From assembly GCA_963839465.1 (NCBI GenBank), contig CAWIVI010000020.1:31763-95762 (forward strand): DNA of 64,000 nt, given 5' to 3'. A program made the translations under genes and the position numbers. Source of the DNA: an uncultured beta proteobacterium. Its GTDB lineage: Bacteria; Pseudomonadota; Gammaproteobacteria; Burkholderiales; Burkholderiaceae_C. Below the pieces are notes generated by a model. It ran no database searches and was not told the origin of the DNA. It saw only the letters and a program-made list of their open reading frames with translations. Positions 8,149 to 22,057 of the stretch are shown in pieces (the first letter of the stretch is position 1; each line of letters starts with the position of its first letter).

Positions 8149-9792
8149 TCAGGTGGGAATCCAGAGTGTGGGCAGGCTCGGCAAGGTTCGCAAGATGCGC
8201 GCCAGCGATCCATCGAGCACCAGCGCAGTGGCATGCTCGATGTCGGGCGCCAGGTAGCGGTCGGTCGGCATGGCGGGGCAGCGCCCGCGCAGCAGCTCGT
8301 GCACCGACTCCAGCGCCGCCGAGCTGCGCAACGGACGCAGGAACTCGATGCCCTGCGCCGCCGCGAGCAGCTCGATGCCCAGGATGTGCGCGGTGTTCGC
8401 GATCATCGGCTGCAGCCGGCGCGCGGCGAACGTGGCCATCGAGACGTGGTCTTCCTGGTTGGCCGAGGTGGGCAGGGAGTCCACGCTCGCCGGGTGCGCG
8501 AGCGACTTGTTCTCCGACGCCAGCGACGCCGCGGTGACGTGCGCGATCATGAACCCGCTGTTCAGCCCCGGGTCGCTCGACAGGAACGGCGGCAGGCGCG
8601 AGACGCCGGCGTCGATCAGCATCGCGATGCGGCGCTCCGCGATGGCGCCCACTTCGGCGATCGCCAGCGCCATCGCGTCGGCCGCCAGGGCCACCGGCTC
8701 GGCGTGGAAGTTGCCCCCGGAAATGATGGAGCCCCCACGCTCCCCTTGGTCGCTGCCCTGCGAGGGGGCGCGGCCAGGCTCGGGGCGGCCCAGCGCCTGG
8801 CCCACATTCCCGCCGACGACCAGCGGGTTGTCCGTCACCGCATTCGCCTCGCGCACCAGCACCAGCGCCGCGTGGCGCAGCGAGTCGAGCGCCGCACCCA
8901 CCACCTGCGGCTGGCAGCGCAGCGAGTACGGATCCTGCACGCGGTCGTCGCCGGTGAGATGCGAGCGCCGGATCTCGCTGCCGTCGAGCAGCGCGCGGTA
9001 GTACTGCGCCACGTCCACCTGCCCCGGCTGGCCGCGCAGCTCGTGGATGCGCGGGTCGAACGGCCCGTCGCTGCCGCGCGCGGCATCGACGGTGAGCGCG
9101 CCGATCACGAGCGCGGCCTCCAGCACGGGCTCGAACGTGAGCAGCGCATGCAGCGCGAGCGCGGTCGAGGTCTGGGTGCCGTTGATGAGGGCGAGGCCCT
9201 CCTTGGGCGTCAGCGTCAGCGGCGCGATGCCCGCCTCCTTCAGCGCCGCGTCGGCCGGCGCGCGCGCGCCGTCGACCAGCATCTCGCCTTCGCCGAGCAG
9301 CGCGAGCGTCATGTGGGCCAGCGGCGCGAGGTCGCCCGAGGCGCCGACGGAGCCCTGGCTCGGCACGTACGGCACGAGGCCGGCATCGTGCACCGCCACG
9401 ATGGTGTCGATCACGGCCTCGCGCACGCCCGATGCACCGCGCGCGAGCGAGGCCGCCTTCAGCGCGAGCATCAGGCGCACCACCTTCGGGTCGAGCGGCG
9501 GGCCCACGCCCACGCTGTGCGAGCGGATGAGGTTGAGCTGCAGCCGCTCGAGCTCGTCGGGCGCGATGCGCTGGTTGGCCAGCTTGCCGAAGCCCGTGTT
9601 CACGCCGTACACCGCGGCCTCGCCTTGCGCAGCGCGGCGCACCACCTCGGCACTCTCGCGGATCGCCGGCCGCGCCGCCGGGTCGATCGCCATCCGGCGG
9701 CCGCCGGCATGCAGCGCCTGCAGGTCGTCCAGCGTGAGGCGGCCGGGCCGCACCTCGAGCGCCGTGGCCGCTGCCGGGCCCGCGCGCGTCAC
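8149..9792 (-). CDS. hutH: histidine ammonia-lyase, carrying an in-frame 27-aa repeat-derived insertion
   Basis: The lower part of ORF 8149..10599, from a GTG that overlaps the hutU stop (GTGA). It has the MIO-forming [14 protein letters not shown], plus [18 protein letters not shown] and [12 protein letters not shown]. The extra segment [27 protein letters not shown] sits just before IISGGNFH. Confidence 0.92.
   Translation of the reverse strand: MTRAGPAAATALEVRPGRLTLDDLQALHAGGRRMAIDPAARPAIRESAEVVRRAAQGEAAVYGVNTGFGKLANQRIAPDELERLQLNLIRSHSVGVGPPLDPKVVRLMLALKAASLARGASGVREAVIDTIVAVHDAGLVPYVPSQGSVGASGDLAPLAHMTLALLGEGEMLVDGARAPADAALKEAGIAPLTLTPKEGLALINGTQTSTALALHALLTFEPVLEAALVIGALTVDAARGSDGPFDPRIHELRGQPGQVDVAQYYRALLDGSEIRRSHLTGDDRVQDPYSLRCQPQVVGAALDSLRHAALVLVREANAVTDNPLVVGGNVGQALGRPEPGRAPSQGSDQGERGGSIISGGNFHAEPVALAADAMALAIAEVGAIAERRIAMLIDAGVSRLPPFLSSDPGLNSGFMIAHVTAASLASENKSLAHPASVDSLPTSANQEDHVSMATFAARRLQPMIANTAHILGIELLAAAQGIEFLRPLRSSAALESVHELLRGRCPAMPTDRYLAPDIEHATALVLDGSLARILRTLPSLPTLWIPT
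8728..8808 (-). repeat. family C repeat unit embedded in frame within hutH
   Basis: In the hutH sense the segment reads GCGCCCCCTCGCAGGGCAGCGACCAAGGGGAGCGTGGGGGCTCC. The intergenic copy at about 14455..14500 reads GCGCCCCCTCGGGGGGCAGCGAGCAGCGCGAGCGTGGGGGCACC. The length of 81 bp keeps the frame. Confidence 0.65.
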
Positions 9793-11479
9793 GCGCCCAC
9801 CATCGGCAGGTTCAGCCCCTGTTCGCGCGCGCAGTCGATCGCCTCGGCGTAGCCGGCGTCGGCATGCCGCATGACGCCGGTGGCCGGATCGTTCCACAGC
9901 ACGCGCTCGATGCGCCGCGCCGCGGCCTCGGTGCCGTCGCACACCACCACCACGCCGGCGTGCTGGGAGTAGCCCATGCCGACGCCTCCGCCATGGTGGA
10001 GCGACACCCACGTGGCGCCGCCGGCGGTGTTGAGCAGCGCGTTCAGCAGCGGCCAGTCGGACACCGCGTCCGAGCCGTCGCGCATCGCCTCGGTCTCGCG
10101 GTTCGGGCTCGCGACCGAGCCCGAGTCGAGATGGTCGCGCCCGATCACGATCGGCGCCTTCAGCTCGCCGCTGCGCACCATCTCGTTGAAGGCCAGGCCC
10201 GCCCGGTGCCGCTCGCCCAGGCCGATCCAGCAGATGCGTGCGGGCAGGCCCTGGAACGCGATGCGCTCGCCGGCCATGTCGAGCCAGCGGTGCAGTGCCG
10301 CATCGGCGGGGAACAGTTCCTTCAGCTTCGCGTCGGTGCGATGGATGTCCTGCGGATCGCCGGACAGCGCCACCCAGCGGAAGGGCCCGCGGCCGCGGCA
10401 GAACAGCGGCCGGATGCACGCGGGAACGAAGCCCGGGAACGCGAACGCGTCGTCCACGCCTTCGTCCTTCGCCACCTGCCGGATGTTGTTGCCGTAGTCG
10501 ATCGTCGGCACGCCGGCAGCGTGGAACGCGAGCATCGCGCGCACGTGCGCCGCGCACGAACTCGCCGCGCGGCGCGCAGCGCGGCATGCTGCGACGCATC
10601 GGCCTGCGCCGCCTTCCAGCGCTCCACGCTCCAGCCGGCCGGCAGGTAGCCGTGCACGAGGTCGTGCGCGGAGGTCTGGTCGGTGACGAGGTCGGGCCGC
10701 ACGCCGCGCTTCACGAGCTCGGGCAGCAGCTCGGCCGCGTTGCCGAGCAGCCCGACCGACACCGCGCGGCCGGCCTGCGTGTGGCGCGCGATGCGCTCGA
10801 GCGCGTCGTCGAGGTCGCGTGCCTGCTCGTCGAGGTAGCGGTTGCCCAGGCGGAAGTCGATGCGGCTCTGCTGGCACTCGATCACGAGCGAGCAGGCGCC
10901 CGCGAAGCTCGCCGCCAGCGGCTGCGCCCCGCCCATGCCGCCGAGCCCCGCGGTGAGGATCCAGCGGCCTGCCCAGTCGCCCGCGTAGTGCTGCCGCCCG
11001 GCCTCGACGAAGGTCTCGTAGGTGCCCTGGACGATGCCCTGGCTGCCGATGTAGATCCACGAGCCCGCCGTCATCTGGCCATACATCATCAGGCCCGCGC
11101 GATCCAGCTCGTGGAAGTGCTCCCAGGTGGCCCATTTCGGCACCAGGTTCGAGTTCGCCAGCAGCACGCGCGGCGCGTCCGCGTGCGTGCGGAACACGCC
11201 CACCGGCTTGCCCGACTGGATCAGCAGCGTCTCGTCCTCGCCGAGCGTGCGCAGCGACTCGAGGATGGCCTCGAAGCACTCCCAGTTGCGCGCCGCCTTG
11301 CCGATGCCGCCGTACACGACGAGCGCATCCGGGTTTTCCGCCACGGCGGGATCCAGGTTGTTCTGGATCATGCGATAGGCCGCCTCGATGAGCCAGTTCC
11401 TGCAGTGCAGCACGCTGCCGGTGGGCGCCTTCACCGCATGCGGCTGCGCGATGCGGCGGGCGGCGGACAAGTCCGTCAT
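9789..11479 (-). CDS. hutU: urocanate hydratase; one apparent frameshift near 10565
   Basis: The N-terminus is in ORF 10322..11479 ([43 protein letters not shown]). The C-terminus is in ORF 9789..11585 (HVRAMLAF...[48 protein letters not shown]). Confidence 0.93.
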
Positions 11480-11529
11480 GGGGAGCGCCTTTCGAAACGA
11501 TGAGGAAACGGCAAGGGAGGAACCACTCT

Positions 11530-11545
11530 ACTTGTCTAGACAAGT
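11530..11545. promoter_or_regulatory. HutC-type operator, perfect 16-bp palindrome ACTTGTCTAGACAAGT
   Basis: It sits in the 87-bp hutU/hutC divergent intergenic region. It matches the enterobacterial/pseudomonad hut operator core CTTGTATAGACAAG, which I recall from the hut literature. Confidence 0.75.
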
Positions 11546-11566
11546 TCCCACAAGTAGGATCGACCG

Positions 11567-12271
11567 ATGTCCCAGCCCGCCCCATACGCCCGCGTCAAGC
11601 AATTCCTGAAGCGCGAGCTGGCACACGGCCGCTGGCCGCCCGGCGCACTGATGCCGTCCGAAGCCGATCTCGTCGCGAAGTTCGGCGTCAGCCGCATGAC
11701 GGTGAATCGCGCGCTGCGCGAGCTGCAGAACGAAGGGCTCGTGAGCCGCGCGCAAGGCGTGGGAACGTTCGCGGCGCCGCTGCACCGCGTGTCGTCCACG
11801 CTCACCATCCGCGATCTGCACGAAGAGATCGTGGCGCGCGGCCACGACCATCGCGCCGACGTCCACGTGGCACGCGAGGAGCCGGCCGGCGAGGCGCTGG
11901 CCGAGCGCTGGGCGTGCCGGCCGGCGCGCCCGTGTTCCACACCCTCATCGTCCACCACGAGAACGGCGTGCCGCTGCAATGCGAAGACCGCTACGTCAAC
12001 CCGGCCTGCGCGCCCGGCTACCTCGGCGTCGACTTCACGCGCATCACGCCCACGCACTACCTCCTCGAAGTGGCGCCGCTGTGGGAGGCGCAGTACGCCA
12101 TCGAAGCCAGCGCCCCCACGCCGCAGGAGGCACGCCTGCTCGCGCATCCGCCGCCACGACGCCTGCCTCGTCGTCGTCCGCCGCACCGTGAGCAAGGGCG
12201 TGCCGATCACGCTCGCGCGGCTGGTGCATCCCGGCGCGCGCTACCAGATCGACGGCGCGTTCAAGCCATGA
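11567..12271 (+). CDS. hutC: histidine utilisation repressor (GntR/HutC family); two apparent frameshifts near 11905 and 12143
   Basis: The N-terminal wHTH is [29 protein letters not shown]. The UTRA-like part continues in a second frame ([32 protein letters not shown]...) and returns to the first frame ([31 protein letters not shown]). Confidence 0.88.
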   Translation: MSQPAPYARVKQFLKRELAHGRWPPGALMPSEADLVAKFGVSRMTVNRALRELQNEGLVSRAQGVGTFAAPLHRVSSTLTIRDLHEEIVARGHDHRADVHVAREEPAGEALAERWACRPARPCSTPSSSTTRTACRCNAKTATSTRPARPATSASTSRASRPRTTSSKWRRCGRRSTPSKPAPPRRRRHACSRIRRHDACLVVVRRTVSKGVPITLARLVHPGARYQIDGAFKP

Positions 12272-12400
12272 GCGCGCCGGGCCGCTCCCAAGCGCTCATC
12301 CCGGAGCGCGCAGCGCGCAGCACCCAATGAGCGCGGAGGGCCGCCCAATGAGCCGGAACCCCCGGTTGCACCGCGGGGCCGCCGAAGCGCGACACTCTCC
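12269..12400 (+). repeat. family C intergenic repeat array (ATGAGCGC-punctuated units), copy set 1
   Basis: It starts on the hutC stop codon. Units begin (A)ATGAGCGC and contain GGCCGCTCCCAAGCGCTCAT, forming the hairpin ATGAGCGC...GCGCTCAT. It resembles 14423..14570. Confidence 0.7.
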
Positions 12401-12415
12401 TTCCGGGATAAGCAC

Positions 12416-13638
12416 ATGGCACTCACCCTCTGGCGCCACGCGCGCCTGGCCACGATGACCGCCGACCGCCCCTGGGGCTGGATCGACGACGGCGCGCTGC
12501 TGGTCGACGGCGACACCCTGCGCTGGGTCGGCCCCGACGCCGAGCTGCCCGCCGGCCTCGGCGACGGCGCCGAGCACGACCTGGGCGGCGCCGTCCTCAC
12601 GCCCGGCCTCGTCGACTGCCATACGCACCTCGTCTACGCCGGGCAGCGCGCGAGCGAGTTCGAGCAGCGCCTGCAGGGCGCGAGCTACGAGGACATCGCC
12701 CGCGCCGGCGGCGGCATCCGCTCCACCGTCGCCGCCACCCGGGCCGCAAGCGACGGCACGCTCTTCACCCTCGCGCGCGCGCGGCTGCAGGCGTTGATGG
12801 CCGGCGGCGTGACCACGGTCGAGATCAAGTCCGGCTACGGCCTGAGCCTGGAGCACGAGGCGCGCTGCCTGCGCGTGGCGCGCCAGATCGGGCGCGAGCA
12901 TGCGGCCACGGTGCGCACCACGTGCCTCTGCCGCGCATGCCCTGCCGCCGGAGTTCGACGGCCGGCCCGACGACTACATCGACGCCATCGTCGAGTGGCT
13001 GCCCGCGCTCCAGGCCGAGGGCCTCGTCGACGCGGTCGACGGGTTCTGCGACACCATCGGCTTCACCCTCGCGCAGACACGCCGCCTCTTCGATGCCGCC
13101 CGGCGCCTCGGCCTGCCGGTGAAGCTGCACGCCGAGCAGCTCAGCGACCAGGGCGGCGCGCAGCTGGCCAGCGAGTACGCGGCCCTGTCGTGCGACCACC
13201 TCGAGCACCTGTCGCCGGCAGGCGTGCGCGCGATGGCCGCCGCGGGCAGCGTCGCCGTGCTGCTGCCGGGCGCCTACTACTTCCTGCGCGAGACCCGGCT
13301 GCCGCCGGTGCCCGCGCTGCGCGAGGCCGGCGTGCCGATCGCCATCGCCACGGACCACAACCCCGGCTCCTCGCCCACGCTGTCGCTGCCGCTGATGCTG
13401 AGCATGGCATGCACCTTCTTCCGCCTCACGCCCGAGGAGGCCCTGCGCGGCGCCACCCTGAACGGGGCGCGCGCGCTCGGGCTCGACCGCACGCATGGCT
13501 CGCTCGAAGCCGGCAAGCGCGCCGACTTCGCCGTGTGGGACGTGGATCATCCCAACGAGCTCGCGTACGAATTCGGGGGCTCTGCCGCTGCGCCGCCTCG
13601 TCGCGGGCGGCCTGCCGGTCGACCTCCATGAATCATGA
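12416..13638 (+). CDS. hutI: imidazolonepropionase; two apparent frameshifts near 12930 and 13574
   Basis: It shows [21 protein letters not shown], and [11 protein letters not shown], then AAHALPPEF...KLHAEQLS...DHLEH...[10 protein letters not shown] in ORF 12900..13631. The C-terminus [18 protein letters not shown] lies in the third frame. Confidence 0.9.
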
Positions 13639-14425
13639 CGTCTACACCCTGCGCCGCGGCAGCCGACCGCTGCTCGTGAGCCTGCCGCACGTCGGCACCC
13701 GCATCCCGGACGACCAGCGTGAGCGCTACGTCGAGCGCGCCGCCGCCCTCGAAGACACCGACTGGCATCTCGACCGCCTGTACGACTTCGTGCGTCCGCT
13801 CGGCGCCAGCCTGCTGGTGCCGCGCTACAGCCGCTACCTCATCGACCTGAACCGCCCGCCCGAGGATGCGCCGATGTACCCCGGCGCGAACAACACCGAG
13901 CTGTGCCCCACGCGCTTCTTCACCGGCGAGCCGCTGTACCGGGAAGGGCGCGCGCCGGACCCGGCCGAGATCTCGCGCCGGCGCGAGCACTACTGGCGGC
14001 CCTACCACCACGCATTGGGCGTCGAGCTGCAGCGCCTGCGCGCAGCGCACGGGCATGTCGTGCTGTTCGACGGCCACAGCATCGAGTCGCGCCTGCCGTG
14101 GCTCTTCGAAGGCCGGCTGCCCGACCTGAACCTCGGCACGGCCGGCGGGACGAGCTGCGCGCCCTCGCTGCGCGAAGCGCTGGCTGGCGTGCTCGGCGTC
14201 GCAGCGCACTTTCACGCACGTGGTCGACGGCCGCTTCAAGGGCGGCTACATCACGCGCCAGTACGGCCGTCCGTCGCAGGGCGTGCATGCCGTGCAGCTC
14301 GAGATGTGCTGGTCCTGCTACATGGCCGAGTGCGCGCCCTATGCCTGGAACCAGACCAGGCCGCGCAGGTCCAGCCGCTGCTGCGCGCGCTGGTCGAGAC
14401 CCTGCTCGACTGGAAGCCGCAATGA
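13628..14425 (+). CDS. hutG: N-formylglutamate deformylase (amidohydrolase); two compensating apparent frameshifts near 14210 and 14350
   Basis: It starts [29 protein letters not shown] and contains [43 protein letters not shown] lies in the alternate frame, and the end is [19 protein letters not shown]. Confidence 0.88.
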   Translation: MNHDVYTLRRGSRPLLVSLPHVGTRIPDDQRERYVERAAALEDTDWHLDRLYDFVRPLGASLLVPRYSRYLIDLNRPPEDAPMYPGANNTELCPTRFFTGEPLYREGRAPDPAEISRRREHYWRPYHHALGVELQRLRAAHGHVVLFDGHSIESRLPWLFEGRLPDLNLGTAGGTSCAPSLREALAGVLGVAAHFHARGRRPLQGRLHHAPVRPSVAGRACRAARDVLVLLHGRVRALCLEPDQAAQVQPLLRALVETLLDWKPQ

Positions 14426-14562
14426 GCGCCGCCGGGCCGCTCCCAAGGCGCGAGCGCCCCCTCGGGGGGCAGCGAGCAGCGCGAGCGTGGGGGCACCAAT
14501 GAGCGCGCGCGGCCGCTCCGAAGCGCTGCATCCCGCAGCAGCGCAGCGCGCAGGGGTTCCCG

Positions 14563-14570
<8 letters not shown>
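14423..14570 (+). repeat. family C intergenic repeat array, copy set 2
   Basis: It starts on the hutG stop. There are two full units, each opening AATGAGCGC, and a third ATGAGCGCG supplies the annotated hutF start codon. Confidence 0.7.
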
Positions 14571-15964
<1,394 letters not shown>

Positions 15965-16080
15965 AACCCGCAAGGCGGGTGCAGTCGACGTCGGTTTAGG
16001 CACGATGATTGCTATCGGTAACAAAACCAGCCGAACGCTTTCGAATCTTTCCGATTTGAAATCCGGCTCCGAGGCCCCCA

Positions 16081-18778
16081 ATGTCGCAGACCGGACCATC
16101 CACCGCGCCGTCTCGCGTTCGCCGCCTGGCCGCGAGGCTGGGCGTGCTGATCGTGGTCGCGCTGGTGATCGTGCTCGCCTGGGAGCTTCACGCGTCGACG
16201 CTCCAGGCCCGCTACCTGTCGCGCCTGGCCGAAGGGTTCCAGGTGAGCGTGCAGCCCGGCGAGAGCCCGTCGATCCGTTTTCCCGAGAACGGCGCCGTCG
16301 ACCGGCGCCTGGGCTACACCCGCATCCCGGAGTTCGTCGAGCGCCTGACCGCCGACGGCTTCGTCGTGGAGTCGCAGGCCCGCCAATCCAGATCGCTCGC
16401 GGCCTTCATCGCAGCGGGCCACTTCCCGCCCCATGAAGAAAAGGGCCGCGCCGGCATGCAGGTGCTCGATTGCGCGAGCCACAACCTGCAGTCGCTCAGC
16501 CATCCGCACCATGCCTACGCCAGCTACGACGCCGTCCCCTCGCTCGTGCTGCGCACCCTGCTCTTCATTGAGGACCGCGAGCTCGTCGTCGCCGTCGCCA
16601 TCCACCCGCAACCCCGCCCTCGCCCCGGTGCGGCTGGCGCGCGACCTGATCGACGACACGCTGGCCACGCTGGACGCCCGCTTCCCCGGCGCCAGCCGGG
16701 GCCCGCTCGCGCTGCGGACCGAACGCCAGCGCCACGCGCCGGAGGGCCGCGACGCATCGTGGCCCGAGCGGTGGCGCCTCTTCGTCTCTGCCTCCGTGCG
16801 CGCCTATCGGGACGGACCGGACACCTCGGCCGCACGCCGGCGCATCGTGCTCGACCACCTGAACGGCATGCCGCTCGGCGAGCTGCCGCACGGCGAAGTG
16901 CTGGGCCTGGGCGACGGCCTCGCGGCCTGGTACGGCACCGATTTCGACACCGTGAACACGGCGCTGCGCGACCACGCCCCTGGGCCAACCCAGCGCGAAC
17001 GCGCGCGCGCCTACCGGCAGGTGCTCAGCCTGCTGATCGCGCAGCGGCGGCCGACCTACTACCTGGCCGGCGGCCAGGGCCGCATGGCGACGCTGGTCGA
17101 CCGCTATCTCCACCTGCTCGCGCGCGAGAAGGTCATCGACGAGTCGCTGCGCGACGCGGCGCTGGACGCCTGGGAGCCCGTGCGCGACCCGCAGGCCGGC
17201 GACCTGCCCGCGATGCGGCCGTCGGCCGCGCACCTGCTCACCACGGCCGCGGCGCGAGCACAGGCTGCCGCGCTGCTGCCGCTGCCCTCCCCCTCGACGC
17301 TCGACCGGCTCGACGTCACCGTCACCAGCACGCTGGATGGCCGGCTGCAGCCGGCCGTGTCATCGTGGCTCATGCGCCTGCGCGATCCCGCGGCCGCACG
17401 GGCCGCCGGCCTGGTCGGCGACGGGCTGCTCGAGCGCGGAGACCTGGCGGGCATCGAGTGGAGCATCACGCTCGTCGAGCGCGGCAACGATGGCGTCGGC
17501 CGCGTGCGCGTGCAGGTGGACACCGGCGCCGTTCCGCCGGCGCCGGAGGCAAGGCGGGCCGACCTGGGCGCGACGGCGAAGCTGCGCACGCTCGCGAGTT
17601 ACCTCGAGGCGGTCGCCGCGCTGCATGCGCGACTGAACGCCCTCGATCCGGCCGCCCTGGCGCACCTGGACGTGCATCCGGGCGACCCGCTCTCGCGCTG
17701 GGCCGTGGAGCACTTGTCCGGCACGCAGGACCGCAGCCTCGCCGCGATGCTCGAAGCCGCCATGCAGCGTCGCTACTCCGCCAGCCCGGCGGAAACCTTC
17801 TACACCGGCGGCGGCGTGCAGCGCTTCCGCAACGTCCGTCCCGGAGGACGACGAGCGCACGCCATCGATCGCCGAGGCGCTGCACGACTCGGTCAATCTC
17901 GTGTTCGTGCGGCTGATGCGCGACCTCGTGCACCACCACGTGATGCGCGGCGTCGGGAGGCACCCGCGTGCTCGCCGGCGACCCGGCACGCGCTTCCATG
18001 AGCCTCGCCCGCCATGACGCCGGCACCGCCCTCTCGGGCCTCTTCCGCGGGGCCGGGACGCTGGCGCGGCCGGGCCGCGGCGTTGGAGAGCCGATGCCTT
18101 CGCCGAGATCCTGCGCACGTGGCGGCGGACGGGCTATCCGTACGACAGCCTGCTGCCGTCGTACGCCAGCGCGATCGGCGGCGCCGGCGACCGGCCCGAT
18201 GCCCTGGCCGACCTGCTCGGCATCATCGTCAACGACGGCCGTCGCCAGCCCACCACCCACATCGAGGCGCTGCAATTCGCCACCGGCACGCCCTACGAGA
18301 CCACGCTGCGTCGCGCGCCCGGCGCCGGGCGAGCAGGTCATGACGCCCGAGGTCGCCGCCACGCTCAAGCACGTGCTCGCCGGCGTCGTGGAGCATGGCA
18401 GCGCGCAGCGGCTGCGCGGGGCGTTCGACGCGCAGCCGGCAGGCGGGCAGGCGGGCGCCGGCGGCGACGCCACGCTTCCCGACGCTCCCGAAGCGGGCGA
18501 ACGCGTGGCGACGTTCGCGTTCTTCATCGGCGATCGGCACCACGGCATCATCACCGCGCGCGTGCCGGACGAGCGCCCCGTCGGCGGTGCGCTTCGGCAG
18601 CGCGCTGCCGGTGCAGCTGCTGCGCGGCCTCGCCCCACTGCTGCAGGGCACTATGCAGGACCCCGCCACCGCATGCCCCACCTGCGGCAGCGCCGTCCGC
18701 GGCTCCGAAGGCCCTGCGCGTGGAATCGACGCCTCGCCCGGCAAGGGTCGACCCCGCCGGCGCCAGTCGACCACGTGA
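16081..18778 (+). CDS. large membrane-anchored PBP-like / transglycosylase-domain family protein; at least five apparent frameshifts
   Basis: There is an N-terminal TM segment (LGVLIVVALVIVLAW), then LLFIEDREL, RHAPEGR...ASVRAYRDG...RRRIVLDHLNGMPLG and GLGDGLAAWYG. The C-terminal pieces are DSVNLVFVRLMRDL, GGAGDRPDALADLLGIIVNDG, ATFAFFIGDRHHGIITARV and FGSALPVQLLRGLAPLL. They are spread over ORFs 16081.., 16433.., 17968.. and 18395..18778. The family assignment is from memory of similar Burkholderiales proteins. Confidence 0.5.
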
Positions 18779-18815
18779 CCGGAAGGCGGCAAGCGGGAGC
18801 GGCGAGGCCAGCGGC

Positions 18816-21012
<2,197 letters not shown>

Positions 21013-21016
<4 letters not shown>

Positions 21017-21384
21017 CGGGATGTGGCGACAGCCGCGTCCACCGCGGCCAGCAGCTCGCGCCATCGGATCGGCTTGGAGACATAGCCCGCGCAGCCGGCT
21101 TGCCGCATGCGCTCGTCATCGCCCTTCATGGCCAGGGCCGTGAAAGCGACGACCGGGATGTCGCGCGTTCGTGCGTCGTCCTTCAGCAGGCGGGTCGCCG
21201 CCAATCCGTCCATGCCGGGCAGTTGCATGTCCATCAGCACCAGGTCGGGCCGCTCGCGCCGCGCGAGATCGACGCCTTGCTGGGCATCGGCCGCATGGAG
21301 CGTGGCATGGCCGGCGCTTTCCAGGATGTCCCTCGCGAGCGCCATGTTGGCGGGCGTGTCCTCGATCACCAGTATCCGGAGCAT
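21013..21384 (-). CDS. single-domain response regulator (CheY-like receiver)
   Basis: It reads MLRILVIEDTPANMALARDILESAGH...DLVLMDMQLPGMDG...VVAFTALAMKGD...GYVSKP. The start is taken at the internal Met of ORF 21013..21438. Confidence 0.85.
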
Positions 21385-21523
21385 GCCAAGTCTTTTATGC
21401 AAGAACGGGCCGAAGCGCACCCCTCGGCGGGCGCCCAATCGTTACCTCTTGTCGCCGGCATGAAACAGCTCGACCACGGGGGAAGCGACGGAGGAGCGTG
21501 GGGGTGTTTCTTATACTTCGACG

Positions 21524-21910
21524 ATGTCCGCGACTCCTGATCTCTGGCTGGCCGGGCCCGAACCGCCGGGCCCGCTGCAGATCTTCTTCTCCTTTGAAGG
21601 CCGCGTCGGCCGCAAGACCTGGTGGCTGTACGGGGTACTCGCCATCCTCGGGCTCAGCCTGCTCGGCACCGCGCTGCTGCGCATCGCCGGCGTGAGCGAG
21701 CGCAGCGCCGAGGTCGCCGTGAACGCCCTGCTCCTGTGGCCCGCCCTCGCCGTCTCGATCAAGCGCTGGCACGACCGCGACAAGTCCGCCTGGTGGGTGC
21801 TCGTGAGCCTCGTGCCCCTCATCGGCTGGCTCTGGGTGCTCGTCGAGAACGGCCTCCTGCGCGGCACCAACGGCGACAACCGATACGGCCCCCCCGAAGT
21901 CGCCGAGTAG
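21524..21910 (+). CDS. DUF805 family inner-membrane protein
   Basis: It shows FSFEGRVGRKTWW and SIKRWHDRDKSAWWVL...NRYGP, typical of DUF805 (YhaH/YhaI-like). Confidence 0.75.
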   Translation: MSATPDLWLAGPEPPGPLQIFFSFEGRVGRKTWWLYGVLAILGLSLLGTALLRIAGVSERSAEVAVNALLLWPALAVSIKRWHDRDKSAWWVLVSLVPLIGWLWVLVENGLLRGTNGDNRYGPPEVAE

Positions 21911-21957
21911 AACCGCACCTGGCGCAAGTAGCACCACACCCGGCGCGCGCGCGCCGC

Positions 21958-22047
21958 CCCCCTCAAGCGGACACCGCGGATCCGGCTCCGCCGGTCCGCC
22001 AGTGGCGCCCCCTGGAGGGGGGAGCGGCGGGAGCCGCTTCGGGGGTG
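21958..22047 (-). repeat. about 90-bp structured intergenic repeat, family B, copy 2 (inverted relative to copy 1)
   Basis: CCCTCAAGCGGACACCGCGGATCCGG...GGAGCCGCTTCGGGGG aligns with the reverse complement of 4371..4459 with few mismatches. Confidence 0.8.
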
Positions 22048-22057
22048 GGCAGTAGGC

